A program made the translations under genes and the position numbers. DNA of 64,000 nt from Sedimentisphaerales bacterium (GTDB lineage Bacteria > Planctomycetota > Phycisphaerae > Sedimentisphaerales > SM23-30): positions 288,001 through 352,000 of the forward strand of contig CAXXFK010000028.1 of assembly GCA_963663965.2 (NCBI GenBank), in the 5' to 3' direction. Under the pieces are notes generated by a model. It was not told the origin of the DNA. It saw only the letters and a program-made list of their open reading frames with translations, and made no database searches. Shown here in pieces: positions 50,094 to 58,930 of this stretch. Within the stretch, counting starts at the first letter, position 1, and each line of letters begins with the position of its first letter.

Positions 50094-51083
50094 TCATTGT
50101 GCACTTCCCTCAAAAGTAAACCGTATCAGGTCCCGTTCCCGCAACACCTCCAGTTCAATCTTTTCCTGGGTTCGCGCTTTTTGAAATACTTGATAAGCTT
50201 TCTGCGGACTGCTGATCACCTGGCCATTTATTGAACGAATAATATCATCGGTATGCAGTGCCTGTTTCATTCCACCGATCGCCAGATTGTTTCCGGTATA
50301 TCTCAATCCTTCTGTCGTATTGTTCCATTGCCATGGCGAAAAATCGCCCGCCTGCAACAGAGTCCCAATTAATTCCCGGCCTGCCTGAAAATTACCCTGG
50401 CAATTCAGTGTATCAGCCGGAACAAAAGGATAAACAGTTGAGTCATTCTTCTCAGTCTCTGATGGTGCATAATCCTCACGATAAATACCGCTGGGCTTTT
50501 CTGATTCCGTCGATCGAGCAGTGGGTTTCAGGGTTGATTCAGTCGTTTGGGTCTCTCCACTGACCGGACCATTGCCGGTCAGTTCAAAGGTTTTGCCGTT
50601 TGCGGTCAGGATTACCCGGTTGCGTTCGATCACCGAAATCGTAAAAGCGCCCAGCCGGTCACCAATCTTATAGTGGGTTGCCGTGGTCTGTTCTTTATTG
50701 CTCAAATCGCGAATAATCGCCCTTGCCACCCGTGGGCTGCCCGTAATAGTGCCAGTCAGTTCCAGATCCCCCGGTAATTTTTCCACAGTCTGTTCCGGCT
50801 GATTTGTTTGTTGTCCATTCCCCTGGGAAGCAAGGACCGATAAATTGATCGGAGCAATCTCCTGGTTATTCTGGGTGGGGTCTGCCGGTTCATCAGGGAT
50901 TCCTTCACCGGTGACTGGCCGGGGTGTCACTTCATTGCGTAATAGCTGGGTTTGCATGGCTACTTTGCCAATCAAAGCCACTGCCAGGATCACCAGCCCC
51001 AGGTTAATCACGCGTATTAAAGTTGATAGTTGTTTCGGTGTTGTTTTCATCGTTATTATAGGACGCATACAGAGGGTCTGCAT
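50094..51083 (-). CDS. gspC: Type II secretion protein C
   Basis: N-terminal TM segment, HR domain (LELTGTI.G…AII, YKIGD, I.RNRVIL) and C-terminal PDZ (DII.SING). Confidence 0.85.
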   Translation of the reverse strand: MQTLCMRPIITMKTTPKQLSTLIRVINLGLVILAVALIGKVAMQTQLLRNEVTPRPVTGEGIPDEPADPTQNNQEIAPINLSVLASQGNGQQTNQPEQTVEKLPGDLELTGTITGSPRVARAIIRDLSNKEQTTATHYKIGDRLGAFTISVIERNRVILTANGKTFELTGNGPVSGETQTTESTLKPTARSTESEKPSGIYREDYAPSETEKNDSTVYPFVPADTLNCQGNFQAGRELIGTLLQAGDFSPWQWNNTTEGLRYTGNNLAIGGMKQALHTDDIIRSINGQVISSPQKAYQVFQKARTQEKIELEVLRERDLIRFTFEGSAQ

Positions 51084-51191
51084 TCGTACCGTATAACCAG
51101 CTATCGACCCGCCATCTATCCGACTTAACTACCGATCTTGTAAAACTTTGAGTAACCAATCCCATAGATTTAAAACGGCGGATAATTGCTG

Positions 51192-51220
51192 TTGTGTTAT
51201 CCGGCCCGTGATTTTATAAT
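51192..51220 (+). promoter_or_regulatory. Sigma70 promoter predicting a leaderless transcript
   Basis: TTGTGT-17 bp-TATAAT ending 6 nt before ATG 51227. Confidence 0.5.
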
Positions 51221-51226
51221 GGTGTT

Positions 51227-51427
51227 ATGAATCGACAGGAATACCCAATAGTCAAAAAAAAACTCCATGATCCCTCGCAGGATGATGGTTTTGTTGACGC
51301 CCCCCCCGGTGAATGTATGGCCATGGCATGGGAACTGACCTGTCAGGCCTGGGCCATGATGGGATCAAACGATGCTGAACAGCGACTACAAAGACATATT
51401 GCAGTGCTTAAAAGACGATCAGGCTGA
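51227..51427 (+). CDS. Small protein of the type found upstream of minimal nucleotidyltransferase genes (antitoxin-like partner)
   Basis: 66 aa; WELT..AW…AEQRLQRHI..L.R; overlaps the following ORF. Confidence 0.65.
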   Translation: MNRQEYPIVKKKLHDPSQDDGFVDAPPGECMAMAWELTCQAWAMMGSNDAEQRLQRHIAVLKRRSG

Positions 51428-51545
51428 GTTTGTCCTGGTCGGAGCGTTTGCTATGGTGGCCCATGGTTTCCCACCCGCGACGGGTGATATCGAATTTTTG
51501 TACGTCCGATACAGAAATGTTTTTGACAGAATAGCTTGTGGGTAA
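51372..51545 (+). pseudogene. Truncated nucleotidyltransferase (DUF6036/AbiEii-like) remnant
   Basis: Not in the ORF track. Translates MLNSDYKDILQCLKDDQAEFVLVGAFAMVAHGFPPATGDIEF…* (57 aa), matching the family N-terminus (VG.YA…HG.PR.T.D.D) but with catalytic-motif changes and an early stop. Confidence 0.7.
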
Positions 51546-51546
51546 G

Positions 51547-52677
51547 TTATTGTCTGGCCCAACCCCGTGCCTGGGTATCAACCAATATTTGACGCCAGGC
51601 GAGCTTGTCAGTATGATTATGATTTCTCAATCCCAGCGTTGACAGATATTCGACAAAACCAGGAGAAGAAGAACCATAATAGTCCTGCCATTCTTTTATC
51701 TTTTTATCGGGCTGATCATGCAGCCAGTTAATGATGACCGTTTCGATTTGGTCGGCGTGCTGATCCCAGGCGTTGAATAACTCATGATAAAAACAAGCCT
51801 GCTGGGCTTCGCTGCTGTCGCAGGCTCGACTGCCGGATTGATAGCCTGCCTCCGTCAGCCAGATGGCTTTCTGGGCAAAGGTATTAGTGATTCTATCAAA
51901 ATGATCATAAACCAACTCGGGCGCCAGTACCCGGAATTGGTCATCCTGCGGGTAGTAATTCAGCATAATCATATCGCTGGTCTGATTAAGCGCTTGAATT
52001 TCCGTTAGCCATTGGTCTTTTAGGATCGTATTGGTCACGGTCACTTTCACGCCGATTTTTAACGTCGGATACTTGGCATGAAGATATTCAGTCGCCGCGC
52101 GATAGAACCGGGTATAAGCCTCCCATTCGCGACCGGTTAAAAATAAATCAACTTCGTTGCCAATCGCCAATGCCGCAATGGTAACATTCGATGGAATACT
52201 GGCCATAATCCAGTCCATCAGGTTGGTAAAAGCGGCAATATATTGCGGGTCATCATAACTCAAATGTTTCAGATAATCCGGTGAAGTCCGCTCAACGGTA
52301 TTGATAACCGCCAGGCTGAACAGGATCTGGACATGGTGGTATCCATAGAACGGGATGGATTTGAAAATCGCCCAGGGATCATCGTAACAGCCTTGTGTTG
52401 TCTCAAACAGATTCCACGGTAAATTCAATTCGACCATCTGAATTCCCGCCTGACGGGCAACGGCAAAGGATGGTTCGAATCCTTTTTCGCTTTCTGATAC
52501 ATTGATGCCCAGCAACCGGTTGCCAACCGATAGGATGCTTGCCGGATCAGGTTGCTGAATAATTGAAGTGGCTTGTGATCTGTCTTTTGATAATACGACT
52601 TCCTCCTTTTTACACCCGGCCGGAAAAAGTATTATTAGAAAGATCAGTCCAAAAATGATGTATCGCTTAACAGACAT
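51547..52677 (-). CDS. Lipoprotein with a clan GH-A-like TIM-barrel glycoside hydrolase domain
   Basis: Lipobox PAGC; acid/base-like AIGNEVD; nucleophile-like IWLTEAGY; NYYP and S…QA.F. Confidence 0.7.
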   Translation of the reverse strand: MSVKRYIIFGLIFLIILFPAGCKKEEVVLSKDRSQATSIIQQPDPASILSVGNRLLGINVSESEKGFEPSFAVARQAGIQMVELNLPWNLFETTQGCYDDPWAIFKSIPFYGYHHVQILFSLAVINTVERTSPDYLKHLSYDDPQYIAAFTNLMDWIMASIPSNVTIAALAIGNEVDLFLTGREWEAYTRFYRAATEYLHAKYPTLKIGVKVTVTNTILKDQWLTEIQALNQTSDMIMLNYYPQDDQFRVLAPELVYDHFDRITNTFAQKAIWLTEAGYQSGSRACDSSEAQQACFYHELFNAWDQHADQIETVIINWLHDQPDKKIKEWQDYYGSSSPGFVEYLSTLGLRNHNHTDKLAWRQILVDTQARGWARQ

Positions 52678-52904
52678 CTGGGGTATTCTCCATATAATCG
52701 TTTAAATATAAAAAAACATGATTATAACTCGAATGGATCTGTGAAAAGAATCACAGTCTTAGGGTGTTGTCGCAAGAAAACGTGTAATCTTACATGGATT
52801 TGGTGCTAATAATTTCTGTTAATATTACTAGACCTGGCAATCAACATTTCAATTGCCTGAAAAATAAAATTAATCCTGGATTTTACTCATTTAATCAGGT
52901 TAAT

Positions 52905-52921
52905 ATATGACATAGTCATAT
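52905..52921. promoter_or_regulatory. Palindromic operator candidate upstream of the GNAT gene
   Basis: Perfect 7-bp inverted repeat ATATGAC-ATA-GTCATAT in a divergent intergenic region. Confidence 0.35.
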
Positions 52922-52980
52922 GCAATGTCGCGTCATAGCATAGCCGTTAAAAAGTAATGTGTAAATCGTCAGGGGGTTTT

Positions 52981-53709
52981 ATGATTGATGAATTGATCGT
53001 TGAACCGATGACTGAAGATATCCTACTGTGGCGTTGCCTGCATTCCGGACCATTGACTCCGAAAGATCTGGATACCTGTCCATCAGACAATCAGCTTGAC
53101 TGGAACCGCTACCGAATGCGCAATCTGCCATTATTACGCAAACTGACCCGGCTTTATGGCGCCTGTGCGATCCTGGCGCTGGACGGCATTCGAATTGTCA
53201 GCATGCTTCGGTTCTATCCCAAAATAGTCTGTGAGTCAATGAATGATGGCCTGTGCATGCAGCAGGATTATCCAGCCGGTCCGCCTGACAATTTCGTCAA
53301 TCAAGATTTTCCCACCCTGGCTCAATTGGAGGAAAAAACGCTAACTATTCACTGTTTGATGACCGGCTGTTCTCAATGGCCCAGAAATCCTTACCAGAGA
53401 CATGGCCTGGGATCACGTCTTGTTCGTACCTTGATTGATTGGGCCCGGTCCAACCAATGGCAGGCCATCGAAGCCAGTGCCTTCGAAGATCTCCCCATCA
53501 TCTATGAAATTACCGGATCTGCCGGCCAGACCTTCTGGACAAAACTCGGATTCCAACTGATCGACCGTTATCCCCATCCTTATCTGCAAGATCAAAACGA
53601 TTCATTCGTGGCAACTTTGAAAAAACAGGCCCGCGCCGCGGGCATTCCTCCAGATAAAGCCACGGATAAACTGGTTATGCGGCTTGAACTAACCAACCAC
53701 AAAAATTAA
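52981..53709 (+). CDS. GNAT-family N-acetyltransferase
   Basis: Acetyl-CoA motif YQRHGLGSRLV..LI.WAR and FW.KLGF; start probably ATG 52981 (ORF track gives 52957). Confidence 0.78.
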   Translation: MIDELIVEPMTEDILLWRCLHSGPLTPKDLDTCPSDNQLDWNRYRMRNLPLLRKLTRLYGACAILALDGIRIVSMLRFYPKIVCESMNDGLCMQQDYPAGPPDNFVNQDFPTLAQLEEKTLTIHCLMTGCSQWPRNPYQRHGLGSRLVRTLIDWARSNQWQAIEASAFEDLPIIYEITGSAGQTFWTKLGFQLIDRYPHPYLQDQNDSFVATLKKQARAAGIPPDKATDKLVMRLELTNHKN

Positions 53710-53888
53710 GGGTACCTCCAAAACACCTCTACCGGCTGCAGATATGCAATATGCTGTCATTCGAAACAGTTAATCAAGAACACTTGGCTTAAACTTACAT
53801 AAAGGCTGTTTCGAATATGAATAAAAATTATTATTTTTATGAAGAATCCAACAAGATTGAATATCTGAAATATCATTTAAGGGTGCCC
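53710..53888. mobile_element. MITE-like long imperfect inverted-repeat element, copy 3 (179 bp)
   Basis: GGGTACC…GGTGCCC ends flanked by TTAA on both sides; inner pairs CAGATATGCAAT / ATTGAATATCTG and ATTCGAAACAG / CTGTTTCGAAT; begins directly after the GNAT TAA. Confidence 0.6.
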
Positions 53889-55274
53889 TTAACAGCGTGG
53901 CTGTTTTTCTTCGTGGCATTTGGGTTTGCAAACTGTTTACAGGCAGAATCCGAACAATCCCAACCGGCATCAGGTAGGGCGGGGGGGCTGGTTGTCATTG
54001 CCCCGCAATCCTTTCATAAGGCTCTGGATGACTATATCCAGCATAAGAAAACTCAACTCCCAGTGCGTCTGATTGCTCTGGAACAGGCTCTGCAAACCAG
54101 TGAAGGCGTAGATGACCCCGAACGCTTAAAGCAGTATCTCTATGATTTATGGCGGCAATATAAAATCAGTTATGCCCTGCTGGTCGGAGATGCCGATATC
54201 TTTCCCGTTCGCTATATGGTTCTGGATCGTATTACACCGGCGGCTTATGATTACGCCTTTTATCCCAGTGATCTTTATTATGCCGATCTGGCCCGGGCCG
54301 ATGGCAGTTTCGAAAACTGGAATCATCAACAGGAAGATTTTCATGCCCGCTATTTCGGTGAGGTACGCGGTGAAAAAAACAAAAATGATCCCATTAATTA
54401 TGATCAGATCCATTACCTGCCGGAGATCGCCGTTGGACGCTGGCCGGTCAGTACCCTTGACGAAGTAAAAACAATATCACAAAAAACGATCCGATACGAA
54501 AAAGGCCTGTTGGATGCTAATAAACCCAATCCACAATGCCTGGCGATGGTCAACGTGGGTGGCTGGGTGGATTGTCGCGGTCGCATGGATAAGATGACGG
54601 CCCGATTGGCCCCGGCCTGGACCATCGAAAAACGCTATTATTCAGATAAAAACCAGAAACCCCAAACCTCGCCGCCCTCCGCTGCAGAAGTGGTCGGATT
54701 AATGAATACTGGAGTGGGCATTATTTGCCATGCCGGCCATGGGCAGGATTCCCGGTGGGACCAGTCTCTGGCATTGACAGACCTTAAGAAGCTGAATAAT
54801 AATGATCGTTTGCCAATTATCTTTTCTGCCGGTTGCAGTACCGCCCGTTTTGCCACGTTGCCCCCTTATGAGCCCTATGTCGATATGGCGGGTGTGGAAC
54901 ATAAAGGCAGCGATTATGGCGAAGTGTTTGATGCCCCGCCGCCACCGCCGGCGCCCTGTCAGAAAGGCAAATATAACCCGCCCGGCATGGGAGAAGGTTT
55001 ATTGCGAAACGGACCGGATGGGGCGGTGGCCTATATCGGTTGCAACACCGGCAGCCAGCCCTGCGGGATGACCTTGATGGAGGGGTTTGTCTCCGGGCTG
55101 GGGCAAAAGCGTCTGGGTGACTGCTGGAACCATGCGATTGACTATTATTATAAAAATGAGCGCCTGGCAGATCTGAAACCGACTTCAAGCTGGTATCCGC
55201 CCAGTATCTTCTTTCAGGGCATGAAGTTCATGCTCTTTGGCGATCCAACCCTGCTGATGCCCGGTGCTGAGTAA
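53817..55274 (+). CDS. Peptidase C25 (gingipain-family) cysteine peptidase, secreted
   Basis: YALLVGD, SDLYYADL, PEIAVGRWP, catalytic-dyad motifs HAGHG and FSAGCST, GAVAYIG and LFGDP. Confidence 0.85.
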   Translation: MNKNYYFYEESNKIEYLKYHLRVPLTAWLFFFVAFGFANCLQAESEQSQPASGRAGGLVVIAPQSFHKALDDYIQHKKTQLPVRLIALEQALQTSEGVDDPERLKQYLYDLWRQYKISYALLVGDADIFPVRYMVLDRITPAAYDYAFYPSDLYYADLARADGSFENWNHQQEDFHARYFGEVRGEKNKNDPINYDQIHYLPEIAVGRWPVSTLDEVKTISQKTIRYEKGLLDANKPNPQCLAMVNVGGWVDCRGRMDKMTARLAPAWTIEKRYYSDKNQKPQTSPPSAAEVVGLMNTGVGIICHAGHGQDSRWDQSLALTDLKKLNNNDRLPIIFSAGCSTARFATLPPYEPYVDMAGVEHKGSDYGEVFDAPPPPPAPCQKGKYNPPGMGEGLLRNGPDGAVAYIGCNTGSQPCGMTLMEGFVSGLGQKRLGDCWNHAIDYYYKNERLADLKPTSSWYPPSIFFQGMKFMLFGDPTLLMPGAE

Positions 55275-55338
55275 CAAATAAATAGTGATTAGGATTGAAT
55301 ATAAAAATATTCCATACGCCCCGAGACAGGAAACCAAA

Positions 55339-57972
55339 ATGACCAATAAACTGATCCCTGCCGTTCTGCTTATGATCGGCATTTCAACCATCAACAGCGA
55401 CTGCTGGAGTATTGATAACCCGCAACTGATCTATCATCAACCGGCAAAAAAATGGGATTCCGAAGCGCTGCCCATCGGTAATGGCCGTATGGGCGCCATG
55501 CTCTTCGGTGGTGTGGCTGAGGAACACATCCAGTTTAATGAACAGAGCCTCTGGTCCGGCGATAACAATTGGGATGGCGCCTACGAATGCGGCGATCATG
55601 GTTTTGGCGCCTATCGCAATTTCGGCGACCTGACCATTACCTGGAATGGGGGAGCGCCGGTAGTCGATTCCCCCAGCGGCCATGCCGCCGGCAACGGCCA
55701 GCCCATTGCGGCGACGATCGATGGCGACCCGAAAACCAAATGGTGCATTGAAGAACCCGGCGATCAGGTCATCTGGCAGGCCGCCTTGCCATCACCTCAG
55801 GCCATCAAATGGTACAGCCTCACCAGCGCCAACGATGTCCCCCGGCGCGATCCGCAGGTTTGGCTGCTGGAAGGTTCACTCGATGGCAAAAAATGGTTCC
55901 CGCTGGACCGGCAGGAGTTGGACAAACCTTTCGAACAGCGTTTCCAGGCTAGACGATTCGAGATAGCGGATCCCCAGCCCTGTCGTTATTACCGGTTATC
56001 CTTTACACCAATGGATAAAGACCATTTTCAGCTGGCCGAAGTCAGCCTGGGTGACCTCTCTCTGGCTGATACCCCAACCCCCAAAGATTATCAACGATCA
56101 TTAAACCTGATCACCGGTATTCATACCACAACATTCAAACATAATAATATCGAATATCAGCGCGAGGCCTTCGCCAGTCATCCGGATCAGGTTTTGGTCT
56201 TCCGTACGACTGCCGATAAACCCAAAGCGCTGAGCGGTACAATCCGCCTGAAATCGGCCCAGGGAGCCTCGACGATAGCAACCGGGCAAGAATTATCTTT
56301 CAGTGGCGAAATGCCCAATCAACTTAAATATGCCTGCAAGCTTCATGTGTTATATCAGGGAGGTACCGTTCAGGCGCAAGATGATCAGTTGGTATTTGCC
56401 AACTGCGACAGTCTGACCCTGCTGATAAATGCCCGCACCAACTACAAACCCGACTATAATGCCGGTTGGCGTGGCGTCGATCCCGCACCGGTGATCGAAA
56501 CCGAACTGGCCGCGGCTTCGCGTAAACCCTTCGAAGTATTACGTACGGCCCACATCAAGGATTTATCCCGGTTACTGGACTCTGTTACAATCGATATTGG
56601 CCAGACCGATCCGGCAATCACTGCTCTGGCCACAGACGAACGGTTAAAACGCTATGCCGATGGTGAAATCGATCCCGATCTGGAAGAAATCATGTTCCAA
56701 TATGGCCGGTATCTCCTGGCCAGTTGTTCCCGTCCCGGCGGCTTACCGGCCAATTTGCAGGGACTCTGGAACAACAGTAACACCCCGCCCTGGGCCAGCG
56801 ATTATCACAACAATATCAACGTGCAGATGAATTACTGGGGTGCCGAAAGCACCGGCCTGAGCGAATGCCATCTGCCTCTGATCGATTTTGTCGTCGCCGC
56901 CGCCGAGCCCTGTCGTATCGCCACCCGCAAGGCGTTTGGCGAAAATACCCGCGGCTGGACCGCCCGCACCAGCCAGAGTATCTTCGGCGGCAACGGCTGG
57001 CAATGGAACATCCCCGCCAGCGCCTGGTACGCGCAGCATGCCTATGAACACTGGGCCTTTACCCGTGATAATGACTACCTGAAAAAAACCGCGTATCCCA
57101 TGCTGAAAGAAATCTGCCAGATGTGGGAAGACCGGCTCAAACCGCTGCCCGATGGCGCCCTGGTAGTCCCCATGGGCTGGTCGCCCGAGCACGGCCCGCG
57201 CGAAGACGGTGTCATGCACGACCAGCAGTTGATCTGGGATCTCTTCCAGAACTATCTCGATGCGGCCCGGGCCCTGGAAGTGGATGAAGATTATCAGCAG
57301 AAAGTGGCTCAGCTGCAGGCAAAGCTCGCCCCCAATAAAATCGGCAAATGGGGCCAGCTCCAGGAATGGCAGGCCGACCGCGATGATCCCGACGATCAGC
57401 ACCGCCATACCTCTCACCTGTTCGCTGTCTATCCCGGCCGCCAGATCAGTCTGACCCAGACCCCCGATCTGGCCTACGCTGCCATTGTCTCCCTGCGCAG
57501 CCGCAGCGGCAATTACGGCACCAACAAAGACAAACCCTTCACCGTCGAATCGACCATCGGCGATAGCCGCCGTTCATGGACCTGGCCCTGGCGCTGTGCC
57601 CTCTGGGCCCGGCTCGGCGAAGGTGAACGCGCCGGTATCATGGTCCGCGGCTTATTGACCTACAACACCCTGTCTAACCTGTTCTGCACTCATCCACCCT
57701 TCCAGATGGATGGCAATTTCGGCATCACCGGCGCCATCCCCGAAATGCTCCTGCAATCTCACGCCGGCGAAATCAATTTACTGCCGGCCCTGCCCCAATC
57801 CTGGGCCAGACAAGGCTTCTTTCGCGGCCTCAAAGCCCGCGGTGGTTATACCGTCAACTGCACCTGGAAAGATGGCAAAGTGACCCAATATGAAATCGCT
57901 TCCCCGCAGGGAGGCGAAGTAACCGCCCGGATCAACGGCCAGGTAAAAAAGGTGAAGGTGGTAAAAAAGTGA
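55339..57972 (+). CDS. GH95 alpha-L-fucosidase-family glycoside hydrolase with an inserted F5/8 type C (CBM32-like) domain
   Basis: ALPIGNGRMGAM, FQYGRYLL, PANLQGLWN, DYH.NIN.QMNYW, SPEHG, HRHTSHL, PFQMDGNFG and EMLLQSH; start probably ATG 55339 (ORF track gives 55285). Confidence 0.93.
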   Translation: MTNKLIPAVLLMIGISTINSDCWSIDNPQLIYHQPAKKWDSEALPIGNGRMGAMLFGGVAEEHIQFNEQSLWSGDNNWDGAYECGDHGFGAYRNFGDLTITWNGGAPVVDSPSGHAAGNGQPIAATIDGDPKTKWCIEEPGDQVIWQAALPSPQAIKWYSLTSANDVPRRDPQVWLLEGSLDGKKWFPLDRQELDKPFEQRFQARRFEIADPQPCRYYRLSFTPMDKDHFQLAEVSLGDLSLADTPTPKDYQRSLNLITGIHTTTFKHNNIEYQREAFASHPDQVLVFRTTADKPKALSGTIRLKSAQGASTIATGQELSFSGEMPNQLKYACKLHVLYQGGTVQAQDDQLVFANCDSLTLLINARTNYKPDYNAGWRGVDPAPVIETELAAASRKPFEVLRTAHIKDLSRLLDSVTIDIGQTDPAITALATDERLKRYADGEIDPDLEEIMFQYGRYLLASCSRPGGLPANLQGLWNNSNTPPWASDYHNNINVQMNYWGAESTGLSECHLPLIDFVVAAAEPCRIATRKAFGENTRGWTARTSQSIFGGNGWQWNIPASAWYAQHAYEHWAFTRDNDYLKKTAYPMLKEICQMWEDRLKPLPDGALVVPMGWSPEHGPREDGVMHDQQLIWDLFQNYLDAARALEVDEDYQQKVAQLQAKLAPNKIGKWGQLQEWQADRDDPDDQHRHTSHLFAVYPGRQISLTQTPDLAYAAIVSLRSRSGNYGTNKDKPFTVESTIGDSRRSWTWPWRCALWARLGEGERAGIMVRGLLTYNTLSNLFCTHPPFQMDGNFGITGAIPEMLLQSHAGEINLLPALPQSWARQGFFRGLKARGGYTVNCTWKDGKVTQYEIASPQGGEVTARINGQVKKVKVVKK

Positions 57973-58405
57973 TAAGCTATTATTGTTATCAATACAATCG
58001 CTTTGTTACCTCGAAATCACTTTAAACCCGGCTTTAACAGCGGGGCCTGCGTCCCAGACTATGCCTTCTCCTTTGCTATGTTGAACAACATAAAAATTCG
58101 TTGTTATATTTTATGGGTGGCTAAGCTTTACATTTGGTGTTCATTTAGGATTATAAATCCAGTTTAATCAAAGAGAAATTAATTCTATTGGATTCTCAAC
58201 CTTAAGGACAGTCCGCCCAACATATCCTTTTTCAATATAAACGGGTCATATTTAAATTTTCTCGACTTATTTTTTCATTATTTTTTTGTCCAATTCCATC
58301 GGTCAAGGTGCCGTAATAAGTAACTGCCAAGGCAATATTTGTTGATTATTAAGGCAGACCTGACTTTTATTCAGATAATAGGATTGTTTTGAAAGAGATC
58401 ATTGT

Positions 58406-58930
58406 TTGGATACAGAAAAACATAAATTATTTCTAAAGCTGATCTTAGAACACCAACCTAAAATATATGCCTATATCTTAACGTTGGTCCCAAGCTATCC
58501 CGATGCGGATGATATCCTGCAAAATGCCTGTGAAATTATGTGGCGTCGGTTTGATCAATTTGAACCTGGAACCAATTTTCTCGCCTGGGCCATCAAATGC
58601 GCCTATTTTGAGATTATTAATTTCCGGAAAAATAAAGCGAAATCCCGTGAAATTGTCTTCGATAGTGAAACCTTCGAACAGATGCTTCCGGTTCTGAATG
58701 ATGAAATTAAAACCATCGACCATCGTCGGGAAGCGCTCGAACAGTGTCTCGACAAATTGCAGGGCAAGCAGCGGGATATTATCAAACTACGCTACAATAT
58801 GGATTTAAGGCCAAAAGATATCGCGCTCCGTATGGGATATACCGTGGCCAATATGTATAAATTAATCTCGAGAATTCAAAAGAAACTACTTTCCTGTATC
58901 GAACGCAATACCAATCGGATCTATGGCTAA
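58406..58930 (+). CDS. ECF sigma-70 factor (planctomycete/verrucomicrobial type)
   Basis: HQ..IYAYI..LV….DADDILQ, W..F..FEPGTNF.AW, AL..CL.KL….R.II.LRY and L..CIE. Confidence 0.92.
   Translation: MDTEKHKLFLKLILEHQPKIYAYILTLVPSYPDADDILQNACEIMWRRFDQFEPGTNFLAWAIKCAYFEIINFRKNKAKSREIVFDSETFEQMLPVLNDEIKTIDHRREALEQCLDKLQGKQRDIIKLRYNMDLRPKDIALRMGYTVANMYKLISRIQKKLLSCIERNTNRIYG

Noticed and set aside
58287..58317. TGTCC…CGTAAT as an autoregulated ECF promoter
   Set aside because: Plausible, but there is no second copy upstream of the putative target genes to support it.
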